63,833 nt of DNA. It comes from Candidatus Berkelbacteria bacterium (GTDB lineage Bacteria > Patescibacteriota > UBA1384 > XYA2-FULL-43-10 > 1-14-0-10-43-13). The notes under the pieces are model-generated. The model made no database searches. It was given only the letters and a program-made list of their open reading frames with translations, and was not told the origin of the DNA. Shown piece by piece: positions 16,711 through 24,471 of this stretch (the stretch's first letter is position 1; the number at the start of each line of letters is the position of its first letter). The position numbers and the translations under genes were made by a program. The stretch spans positions 1 through 63,833 of the forward strand of contig JBAWZC010000005.1 in NCBI GenBank assembly GCA_037143235.1, read 5' to 3'.

Positions 16711-17379
16711 TTACTCGGTTTTTTCTTCTTTTTTATCTTCAGCGTCTGCAACAGGAGCTTCACCTTTGTTTTCAACTTCGACATTGGCGATATCTTCGAC
16801 GACTTCTTCGTCAAGGGACTCAAGTTCTTCATCGCTGCGAGGAGCTTGAACCATGACGATAACTTCTTCTGGGTCGTTGATAATTTCCATACCGGCTGGG
16901 ACTTTCAGATCAGCGATGCGGATATCTTTCTCGAAGTCATCAAGGATGGAGATGTCAACTTCGATCTCAGAGACCAAGTCAGCAGGAAGACACTCAACTT
17001 CGATAGAGTCGACAGGAGTGATGAGTGAACCATCCAAGTTGATGACAGCAGGGGAGTCGCCGATGAATTTCAGCGGGATTTCGGTCGTAATCTTTTCTTT
17101 CATATTCACTTTGAAAAAATCAATATGAACTACATCACCAGAAACTGGGTGAAGCTGAATGTCATGAACCAAAGTTTTGACATTTTTGCCCTCAATCTTG
17201 ATGTCGATCAGGTTTGAAGTGCCAGCCTCTTTGAAGATTTTAGTGAAAACCTTTTTGTCGATAGCAATATCTGCATTTGGAAAATCACTGCCATAGACAA
17301 TAGCAGGGATCGAACCATTGCGTCTGATATCAGCGGCTTTACCTTCGCGTTTTTGTGCTTCCAATTGAAATTCGGACAT
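16711..17379 (-). CDS. rplY: Ribosomal protein L25 (Ctc form) with an acidic C-terminal tail
   Basis: EAQKREGKAADIRRNGSIPAIVYG and the Ctc-type second domain. The tail is EDIANVEVENKGEAPVADAEDKKEEKTE. Confidence 0.9.
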   Translation of the reverse strand: MSEFQLEAQKREGKAADIRRNGSIPAIVYGSDFPNADIAIDKKVFTKIFKEAGTSNLIDIKIEGKNVKTLVHDIQLHPVSGDVVHIDFFKVNMKEKITTEIPLKFIGDSPAVINLDGSLITPVDSIEVECLPADLVSEIEVDISILDDFEKDIRIADLKVPAGMEIINDPEEVIVMVQAPRSDEELESLDEEVVEDIANVEVENKGEAPVADAEDKKEEKTE

Positions 17380-17436
17380 ACTTTTCCTTTGTTGTTAGCG
17401 AATATACTTGCAGATCTCAAGAAAGAGATCGTTTCG

Positions 17437-17739
17437 TTACTTTTTCTTGTTTTGGAATAGTTCTTCGAAAGAACCATTGAAATCTTTTAAAAACTTGTAA
17501 AGATCGATCACATCATCCTGATTGACGGTCTCAGAGATGATTTTTGGCTTCGACTGTTTCTGCATCGTGACAGTAGCGAGAAGTGGCATATGACTACTAC
17601 AGTGCATCTCCAGGAAAACGATTGGCTCCATCACACTCTTTATCTGAATATCTGAAAAATCGTATTGCTTGCCGCACTGCGGACAGCGAACATTTTTTTG
17701 CACAGTCGTCAGTAGTCTGTAAAGCTCTTGATGATTCAT
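17437..17739 (-). CDS. Hypothetical protein with a CxxC motif
   Basis: 100-aa ORF containing CPQCGKQY. No further recognisable domain. Confidence 0.4.
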   Translation of the reverse strand: MNHQELYRLLTTVQKNVRCPQCGKQYDFSDIQIKSVMEPIVFLEMHCSSHMPLLATVTMQKQSKPKIISETVNQDDVIDLYKFLKDFNGSFEELFQNKKK

Positions 17740-18065
17740 TACTTAGCGATTGTAGCAAAAAACTGTCGAAAGATAAAGAGCCTAGAGTTTTCTCGCAAAA
17801 CTAGTCTTGCTTGCCCCAAGGTTGTTTAAAAACAAGCTGGCAATTCAGCACTTATCCAGAGAGAAGCCGATATATGAGAGAAAAACAACGGAATAATTGA
17901 CTTATACGGTCATATATTGTATGGTTTTTCTACATTAGAAGGGATATCGTTTTCTTTCTAATAAGGCAACCATGCCTAATGACCATTTGATCAGGAAGAA
18001 AATCGCTTTCTTGTTGAGGGCAACTCTGCCCATCTGCCTACCTCATCGAGAGGAAAGGAGAGAAA

Positions 18066-18848
18066 ATGGAACCAGTCGAAATTAGATGTTTGGTATGGGG
18101 TATCTTTTCTGCTGCCAGTCTGGAAACAGACCAGGCAGAGCGGGATATCCGATGTGTCAGGGCGATCATGGATCATCCGATAGCGTCGATGATAAATGGT
18201 ACCACTGACGCTGGAATCTTGATTGAAGAATTGATCACGATTTGCTACGAGGGCAGCATCGAGAGATTGCTGTCTGCTGCCAAGAATGTCTTCCCCCAAG
18301 AAGGTCCCTATTTCCAGTATCAGAGACAAAAGCACGAGCAGTTTTACGAAGTCTCACTCAGAAGGCTGCAGAAAATCGCTTCCCCAAAGTTTGACGATCT
18401 TAAAACTGCATGCACCGTCTTCCAAAAGATTAGTGAAGATAAACGTGGAAGTGCTAGGAGCCTCGTCCGGCGGTTTACTCAAGAAATTGGCTCTTGTGGT
18501 TTGATTGATCAGTTTATGGAAAGAGATGCTACCCCCGAAACTCGGGATGTCATCGCATCTGCTCTGATCGAAGCAAGTGGCGCTTCGGAAATCTGGATGT
18601 GTGTCCGCGCGGCTTTCCGAGAGGAGGGGTACAAAGGGTTTAGCGGGTGGTGCGAGGCCGAAAGAATCAAGCCCACAATCAATACGCTGATGCTCATGCC
18701 AGACCCCACACCAGCTATTGTCTTAGAGGTCAAGCGACTTATCACCAACCTGGATTTAAACTATGTGGATCCAGATGGCGGCCGTAAATGGGTACTGCTG
18801 GACACCTATCGTGCGAAATGGTGCTTAGAACACTTAGCTACCGCATAA
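18066..18848 (+). CDS. Hypothetical protein (orphan, visibly GC-richer than its neighbours)
   Basis: 260-aa ORF. SD AAGGAGAG lies upstream of the ATG and a GCCCCCC...GGGGGGC hairpin lies downstream (about 18890..18921). No motif recognised. Confidence 0.5.
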   Translation: MEPVEIRCLVWGIFSAASLETDQAERDIRCVRAIMDHPIASMINGTTDAGILIEELITICYEGSIERLLSAAKNVFPQEGPYFQYQRQKHEQFYEVSLRRLQKIASPKFDDLKTACTVFQKISEDKRGSARSLVRRFTQEIGSCGLIDQFMERDATPETRDVIASALIEASGASEIWMCVRAAFREEGYKGFSGWCEAERIKPTINTLMLMPDPTPAIVLEVKRLITNLDLNYVDPDGGRKWVLLDTYRAKWCLEHLATA

Positions 18849-19009
18849 CAACCATGATAGCTCGTCATAGAGGCTATCCCTACTACTATCGCCCCCTGAT
18901 CGTTCATTCGGTTGGGGGGCATTTGTATTAACAAGGAATATTTTTCTTCCCGCCAATCTTCTTGGCGCATCAGTCTGGGCTAAATCGGGATTAAAAGAGG
19001 ACAAAATGC

Positions 19010-20977
19010 CTAGAACTTTCGTTCCAGTTCAAGGATTTGGTCTCGTAATTCCGCTGATCTTTCAAATTGTAACTCTGCGGCCATCTTTTCCATCTCCTCT
19101 CGCATATCAGCAATAACTTTCTTTTTTTCTTTTTTGGGTAGCTTGTGATACAGCTCGTCGATTTCCAGCATCTGGCTTTCCGCTTCTATTTCTTCAGGGT
19201 TTAGCGTCCGCACAGTCGAGGTTGGCGTGATATTATTCTCTTTATTGTAGCGGTCCTGTATCTTCCGACGGGATTCGGTTTCGTCAATTGCTGCTTTCAT
19301 CGATTTGGTGATGACATCCGCATACATAATTACTTTGCCCTCTTGGTGTCTGGCGGCTCGACCGATAGTCTGGATTAGTGAGGTTTTGCTGCGGAGAAAG
19401 CCTTCTTTGTCAGCGTCCAAGATAGCAATCAGCGAAACTTCTGGCAGATCAAGTCCTTCACGCAATAAGTTAATACCGACCAAGATGTCAAAATTGCCCA
19501 GTCGGAGTGAATGTAGGATCTTGACTCGTTCAAAGGTTTTCACATCGGAGTGGAGATACGCAACCTTAAGCCCGCGATCCTTCATAAAGTCTGTCAGCTC
19601 CTCAGCCATTTTTTTTGTCAAAGTTGTGACCAAAACTCGCTGGTTTTTGCAGATAGTTTTTTCTATCTCGGTGATCAAGTTTTCGACCTGTCCTTTGGCT
19701 GAGCGAACCTCGATCGATGGGTCGAGCAGGCCGGTTGGACGGATAAATTGGCTCACTATCTTATCTTTTGATAAATCTTTTTCGTAATCAGCCGGTGTCG
19801 CCGAGACATAGATAGTTTGATTTTGTTTCTCGACAAACTCAGCAAATTTCAATGGTCTGTTGTCATATGCGGCAGGTAATCTGAAGCCATAGTCGACTAA
19901 TTTTTGTTTTCGGGATAGGTCGCCAAAAAACATTGCTCCGATCTGAGGAATCGTCATGTGCGACTCATCGATAAACATTAGGAAATCTTTGGGAAAGTAG
20001 TCGATCAATGTCGTCGCAGGTTCGCCGGCAGATCGTCCGTCAAAATAGCGAGAGTAGTTTTCGATGCCAGCGCAGGTGCCGGTTTGTTCGATCATCTCGA
20101 TATCTTGGCTGGTTCTCTCTTTGATTCTCTCGGCTTGAAGTATTTTACCTTCGGCTTTGAATTTCGCAATAGTAATATCCAAATCTTTACGGATTTGTTC
20201 AGTCACAGCCTTGTTTTCTTCGGGATTGGTGACAAAGTGGCTAGCAGGAAAAACTTCATAAAAATCAAGATTTCGGAGGATGGTGCCAGTGATCCAGTCA
20301 ATCTCGGAGATTTTTTCGATCTGATCGCCAAAGAATGTGACTTTGATCGCGTTTTGCGAGTAGGCAGGAAAGATTTCCAGAGTTTCACCAGAAAGACGAA
20401 AAGTACCACGCTTGGCGTCATAATCATTGCGGTCATAACGCATATTTGTTAGCTTCTCCAAGATCTTATTGCGAGGGATTGATTCTCCCTTGGAGAGGAC
20501 GAGATTTTGCGCCGCATACATCGCTGGAGAACCGATGCCGTAGATGCAGGAGACAGAAGCGACGATGATCACATCTTTTCTCGTCAAAAGGGCGTAAGTG
20601 GCTGCGTGACGCAAGCGATCGATCTCATCGTTGATCGATGAATCTTTTTCGATATATGTATCAGAACTTGGAATATACGCTTCTGGCTGATAATAGTCGT
20701 AGTAGGAGACAAAATAGTGAACGGCATTTTCTGGAAAAAACTGTCGAAATTCATCGGCTAGCTGAGCGGCCAATGTTTTGTTGTGAGCAATCACCAGAGT
20801 TGGTTTTTGAGCATCGGCGATGACATTGGCCATCGTAAAGGTCTTGCCACTGCCAGTGACACCCCAGAGGGTTTGGTCCTTTGCCCCAGACTTCAGGTTC
20901 TTCGTCAAAGCTAAAATAGCTTCCGGTTGATCACCAGCAGGCTGAAAGGGGGATTGTAAAATAAATTTATTTTCCAT
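19010..20977 (-). CDS. uvrB: Excinuclease ABC subunit B
   Basis: GVTGSGKTFT Walker A, helicase motifs and a C-terminal UVR domain (AAELQFERSAELRDQI). Confidence 0.95.
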   Translation of the reverse strand: MENKFILQSPFQPAGDQPEAILALTKNLKSGAKDQTLWGVTGSGKTFTMANVIADAQKPTLVIAHNKTLAAQLADEFRQFFPENAVHYFVSYYDYYQPEAYIPSSDTYIEKDSSINDEIDRLRHAATYALLTRKDVIIVASVSCIYGIGSPAMYAAQNLVLSKGESIPRNKILEKLTNMRYDRNDYDAKRGTFRLSGETLEIFPAYSQNAIKVTFFGDQIEKISEIDWITGTILRNLDFYEVFPASHFVTNPEENKAVTEQIRKDLDITIAKFKAEGKILQAERIKERTSQDIEMIEQTGTCAGIENYSRYFDGRSAGEPATTLIDYFPKDFLMFIDESHMTIPQIGAMFFGDLSRKQKLVDYGFRLPAAYDNRPLKFAEFVEKQNQTIYVSATPADYEKDLSKDKIVSQFIRPTGLLDPSIEVRSAKGQVENLITEIEKTICKNQRVLVTTLTKKMAEELTDFMKDRGLKVAYLHSDVKTFERVKILHSLRLGNFDILVGINLLREGLDLPEVSLIAILDADKEGFLRSKTSLIQTIGRAARHQEGKVIMYADVITKSMKAAIDETESRRKIQDRYNKENNITPTSTVRTLNPEEIEAESQMLEIDELYHKLPKKEKKKVIADMREEMEKMAAELQFERSAELRDQILELERKF

Positions 20978-21140
20978 AATTATCGATTGTACCGTTTATC
21001 CACTTGTAAAGCAATGATTTTGGTGGTAAATTATCACTTTATCGCTTGGACAACACGACGCAGAAAACCTTTGCTCGAGTTGCCTAAGCGGAGAGATAAC
21101 CGTAGCGGTAGCTCAATTTATTTCGAGGAGGACACAGAAT

Positions 21141-21326
21141 ATGTGCCCAAACAAACAGCCCGCCCATGGTCGTAGCCGGGGCAAAACTACCAAGACCCCT
21201 CGGTATTGGATAGAATACGGAAACGGTACAAGTGTGAATGTCCTAACATTCAACACAAAGCGTCGTGCAAACCAGCGATTCGATGAGTTGACGCGGTGTC
21301 ACACTTCAGTAACGCTGTATCCGTAA
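21141..21326 (+). CDS. Small basic hypothetical protein (61 aa)
   Basis: A strong SD GAGGAGG lies 7 nt upstream of the ATG. It is followed by the perfect terminator at 21350..21380. Confidence 0.4.
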   Translation: MCPNKQPAHGRSRGKTTKTPRYWIEYGNGTSVNVLTFNTKRRANQRFDELTRCHTSVTLYP

Positions 21327-21349
21327 TCGCAGGAATGGTCATTATATCC

Positions 21350-21380
21350 CTCGAACCCGCAACAGAGTTGCGGGTTCGAG
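21350..21380. terminator. Perfect 14-bp-stem hairpin, bidirectional terminator (small ORF / trmD)
   Basis: CTCGAACCCGCAAC-AGA-GTTGCGGGTTCGAG. Confidence 0.75.
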
Positions 21381-21403
21381 AACTACAAAATTATTTTTCA
21401 GTC

Positions 21404-22138
21404 TTATTTTCGTCTTTCGTCTCGCCACTTGGCGATTTTTTTATGATCTCCGGAGAGCAAGATATCTGGGACAGACATTTCTTTATAAATGGCCGGCTTG
21501 GTATACTGTGGGTATTCTTTCTGGTATTGGCCATTTTCATCTTTTTTCATGAATGTTTCATCATCGGCTGAGCCTTCTGACAGAACGCCGGATACCATAC
21601 GCGAGACAGCATCAACAATCGCCATAGCTGGCAGTTCGCCGCCGGTCAAGACAAAATCTCCGATCGAGATCGACTCGTCAATCAAGTTTGTGACTCTTTC
21701 GTCAAAGCCTTCGTAGTGACCACAAAGAAGTATGACATTGTCATATTCTGAAAGTTCAATCGCTTTTTCCTGACAGAACTTATTGCCCCGTGGATCCATT
21801 AGCAGCACTCTCGTCTTGATTCCTGCTTGTTCCGCGTAATCTTGGTGAATTATAGGCTCCTGCTTGCCCCGCGTAGCTCGGAGAGCGAAGTGGGGACTTC
21901 TAGCTTCTATTAGTGCTTTATCGACAACATCAACCTTTATGACCATTCCTTTGCCGCCACCATAGGGCGTGTCATCTACCGTCTTGTGCTTGTCTTCAGC
22001 AAAGTCACGTAGATTGATCAGATTTATCTCGATCAAGTCTTTTTCTTGAGCTCGTTTCAGAATGCTCTCCGAAAAAGGCCCTGCGAACATGTCGGGGAAG
22101 AGGGTAATGATATTAAAGGTGAGTTTTTTCTTGTTCAT
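21404..22138 (-). CDS. trmD: tRNA (guanine37-N1)-methyltransferase with a repeat-derived insertion
   Basis: ITLFPDMF, DDTPYGGGKGMV, CGHYEGFDERV and GGELPAM motifs. There is an extra ~20-25 aa (RSPHFALRATRGKQEPIIHQDYAEQAGIKT) between conserved blocks. Confidence 0.9.
   Translation of the reverse strand: MNKKKLTFNIITLFPDMFAGPFSESILKRAQEKDLIEINLINLRDFAEDKHKTVDDTPYGGGKGMVIKVDVVDKALIEARSPHFALRATRGKQEPIIHQDYAEQAGIKTRVLLMDPRGNKFCQEKAIELSEYDNVILLCGHYEGFDERVTNLIDESISIGDFVLTGGELPAMAIVDAVSRMVSGVLSEGSADDETFMKKDENGQYQKEYPQYTKPAIYKEMSVPDILLSGDHKKIAKWRDERRK
21855..21910. repeat. CTCCTGCTTGCCCCGCGTAGC...GCGAAGTGGGGACT repeat inside trmD
   Basis: About 55 bp, nearly identical to the intergenic copy at 61384..61440. 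Confidence 0.85.
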
Positions 22139-22154
22139 TATTCGCTAATATATA

Positions 22155-22189
22155 AAAAGCCGCCAACAACTTTTGCTGTGGCGGCTTTT
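22155..22189 (-). terminator. Hairpin between the KH-protein gene and trmD (possible intra-operon attenuator)
   Basis: AAAAGCCGCCA...TGGCGGCTTTT. Confidence 0.55.
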
Positions 22190-22200
22190 GTTGTAATCAT

Positions 22201-22560
22201 TTAGGCTAAAACATCTTCTGGAACATCATCCAAGACATTTTTCTTTTCTTCTCTTGGAGTATAGTCGTCTGATCTGTCTTCGTCGTTGTATTCTTTTCTC
22301 TCTGGGCGCTCAGAACCTTCTGGTTCAACGATTTTGAGATTGAGTCTGGCGTCGTTCTTGGCACCAAAGACACGAAGTAGAGTTCTGATAGCTTTGGCAG
22401 TTCGGCCTTCTTTGCCGATAATTTTACCCATATCGTCAGGGGCGACAGTAAGCTCGATCAGGACGCCGCGCTCATCAATGGTTCGGGCTGTTGAAACTTT
22501 TTCTGGACTGTCAACGATTGCTTTGACAACATCCTCAATGAATTTCTGGTCTTCTTCCAT
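22201..22560 (-). CDS. KH-domain RNA-binding protein (YlqC/UPF0109-like) with an acidic tail
   Basis: GKIIGKEGRTAKAIRTLL is a GXXG KH motif. It occupies the conserved position between rpsP and trmD. Confidence 0.8.
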   Translation of the reverse strand: MEEDQKFIEDVVKAIVDSPEKVSTARTIDERGVLIELTVAPDDMGKIIGKEGRTAKAIRTLLRVFGAKNDARLNLKIVEPEGSERPERKEYNDEDRSDDYTPREEKKNVLDDVPEDVLA

Positions 22561-22593
22561 AAAGTTCCTTTCTATTTCTGACTAATAAAACTA

Positions 22594-23082
22594 TTATTCT
22601 TTGGCTTTTGCCTCTGGTTCAGCGACTACTTCTTCCACCTCAGCCTCTTTGGTCGCTTCTGGCTCAGCAGCAACTTCTTCTGCTACGGCTTCCTCAGCTA
22701 CTTCTGGCTCAGTGGCTACTTCCTCTGCAGGAGCTTCGGCAACTTCTGCTACAGCTGGTGTTTCTGTGGTCTCAGCAGTACTTGCAGCCTCTTCTTCAGG
22801 AGTTTTCTTTGGAGCTTTGGAGTATTTGATATCGATCTTATCCTTGACGATGCCGAGATTGGCCATCAGGTTGTGAACAGTTGGGGTCGCTTGAGCACCC
22901 TGACCCAACCAATAAGTCGCTCGCTCTTTGTTGATGACGAGCTCTTTGACGGCAAGAGTAGGGTTATAGTGTCCAATAATTTCAATAAATTTTCTCTTTA
23001 CAGCTCTGCGTTGGTCTGCAACAACAACTCTGTAGGCCGGGGCGTTTTTCTTACCAACCCGTGTCAGTCTTATTCTAAGCAT
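22594..23082 (-). CDS. rpsP: Ribosomal protein S16 with an ~80-aa Ala/Glu-rich C-terminal extension
   Basis: The MLRIRLTRVGKKNAPAYRVVVADQR core is followed by low-complexity AEEVA/EPE repeats. Confidence 0.9.
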   Translation of the reverse strand: MLRIRLTRVGKKNAPAYRVVVADQRRAVKRKFIEIIGHYNPTLAVKELVINKERATYWLGQGAQATPTVHNLMANLGIVKDKIDIKYSKAPKKTPEEEAASTAETTETPAVAEVAEAPAEEVATEPEVAEEAVAEEVAAEPEATKEAEVEEVVAEPEAKAKE

Positions 23083-23129
23083 TCTATCTTTTCTTTCTTT
23101 TTTCTAAATTACTATCCAAAAATAACAAA

Positions 23130-24455
23130 TTATGCACCAAATGTCAACTTTGGGTTGTGGCCACGGAGGTATTCTTCGTAGGCCATCTCTTTTTTACCCT
23201 CTCTCTGGACACGGTCGACAATCAGATTGCCTGAGGTATCTAGGTGACAGCCAGTAATTCTGATCCTGATGCCGTCTTGGAAGATAAAAACAGAGGGCCA
23301 GTGATCAAAAGCTCTGACCATCCTTTCGATCTCAATCGCGGGTGTTTCAGCAGTGATTTCCCCATCTTTTTTATCGAAAAGTCGAGAATAAGTTGCCTTG
23401 CCTTCGGACTGTCCATAAGGTGGCAGTTCTCCGGCCAAGTAGTATGGTAGGCAGGCCAGCAATAGCTCTGCGCCCATCTTGGCGAGAAAATCTTTCAGGA
23501 TAGAGGCGGTCTCAGCTCCACTTAGCTTGACTTTTGACTGTGAGATTATTGGTCCAGCATCGAGTTTCGCCACCGTCAGGATCAGAGTGACGCCAGTGAT
23601 CTTGTCGCCATCTAAAATGGTTTGAACTACAGGCGAGGGGCCGCGATGTTTTGGCAGGAGGGACGGATGAATATTGATGATGCCTTTTTCAAATAGATTT
23701 AGGACGGGAGATTTCAAAAATTGGCCAAAATCAGCCATGACGGCTAGCTTTGCTTTTGTATTTTTCAGCAATTGGACGTTCTTTTCGTCGTTAATATCTT
23801 CAGTTTCCAAGATCGGTAGCTTCAGCTCTTTGGCTAGTTTAGCGATCGGGTTGAATACTTTGTCTTTGCTTCTGCCAGTCGTGTTTAACTTGCCTGTTAC
23901 AACCTTCACAACTTTGTATTGAGGATCGCTTGCGAGATATTGTAGAGCGTATGTGCCGAGTGTACCAGAACCGATAAACACGATCTTTGTCTCTTTGATG
24001 TGGTCAATCATCAGGGTTGATTGGAGATGATCGTATTCGTGTTGAATAACTCTAGAAAAGAGATCCTTGGCCTTGATACTGATCGGGTTGCCATATCTAT
24101 CTTGCCCGACAATCTCAACTGATTTTGGTCGACGAACTAATATTTCACGACCAGGGAACGAGAGACAGCCCTCAACCATATTGATAGTTTTTTGTGACGA
24201 TTTAATGATCTTGGGGTTACATACGACAGTGAGAGGAAAACCCTTGTATTCGAGATCAGGATCTTCTTCAAATTCGCAGACAAAAATCTTTTTTGAGACA
24301 CCGACTTGGGGTGCTGCCAAACCGATGCCTTTGGCGTCGCGCATAGTCTCGATCATATTTTCGACTAGTTGCTGATGTTCAAAGCCAAAATCAACCACTA
24401 GGTCGGTGGGTTTTCTCAGGATCAGATCATTTTCTTTTTTTATTTCTATCTTCAT
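23130..24455 (-). CDS. Fused peptide deformylase / methionyl-tRNA formyltransferase
   Basis: The N-terminal 160 aa carry the Def motifs GIGLAAPQVG, EGCLSFPG and HEYDHL. The continuation KIVFIGSGTLG...INIHPSLLPKHRGPSP...DAGPII is Fmt. It is one uninterrupted ORF. Confidence 0.85.
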   Translation of the reverse strand: MKIEIKKENDLILRKPTDLVVDFGFEHQQLVENMIETMRDAKGIGLAAPQVGVSKKIFVCEFEEDPDLEYKGFPLTVVCNPKIIKSSQKTINMVEGCLSFPGREILVRRPKSVEIVGQDRYGNPISIKAKDLFSRVIQHEYDHLQSTLMIDHIKETKIVFIGSGTLGTYALQYLASDPQYKVVKVVTGKLNTTGRSKDKVFNPIAKLAKELKLPILETEDINDEKNVQLLKNTKAKLAVMADFGQFLKSPVLNLFEKGIINIHPSLLPKHRGPSPVVQTILDGDKITGVTLILTVAKLDAGPIISQSKVKLSGAETASILKDFLAKMGAELLLACLPYYLAGELPPYGQSEGKATYSRLFDKKDGEITAETPAIEIERMVRAFDHWPSVFIFQDGIRIRITGCHLDTSGNLIVDRVQREGKKEMAYEEYLRGHNPKLTFGA

Positions 24456-24471
24456 ACAGGGAAAGATAATA

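Noticed and set aside
20987-21175. ORF 20987..21175 in the uvrB-trmD gap
   Set aside because: It has no SD and overlaps the better-supported small ORF 21141..21326, which has a strong SD and a terminator. It is probably non-coding promoter or leader sequence.
22601-22876. Antisense ORFs 22601..22876 and 22608..22829 (Ala/Ser/Leu-rich)
   Set aside because: They are generated by the low-complexity GAA/GCT-rich tail of rpsP read on the other strand. There is no independent support.
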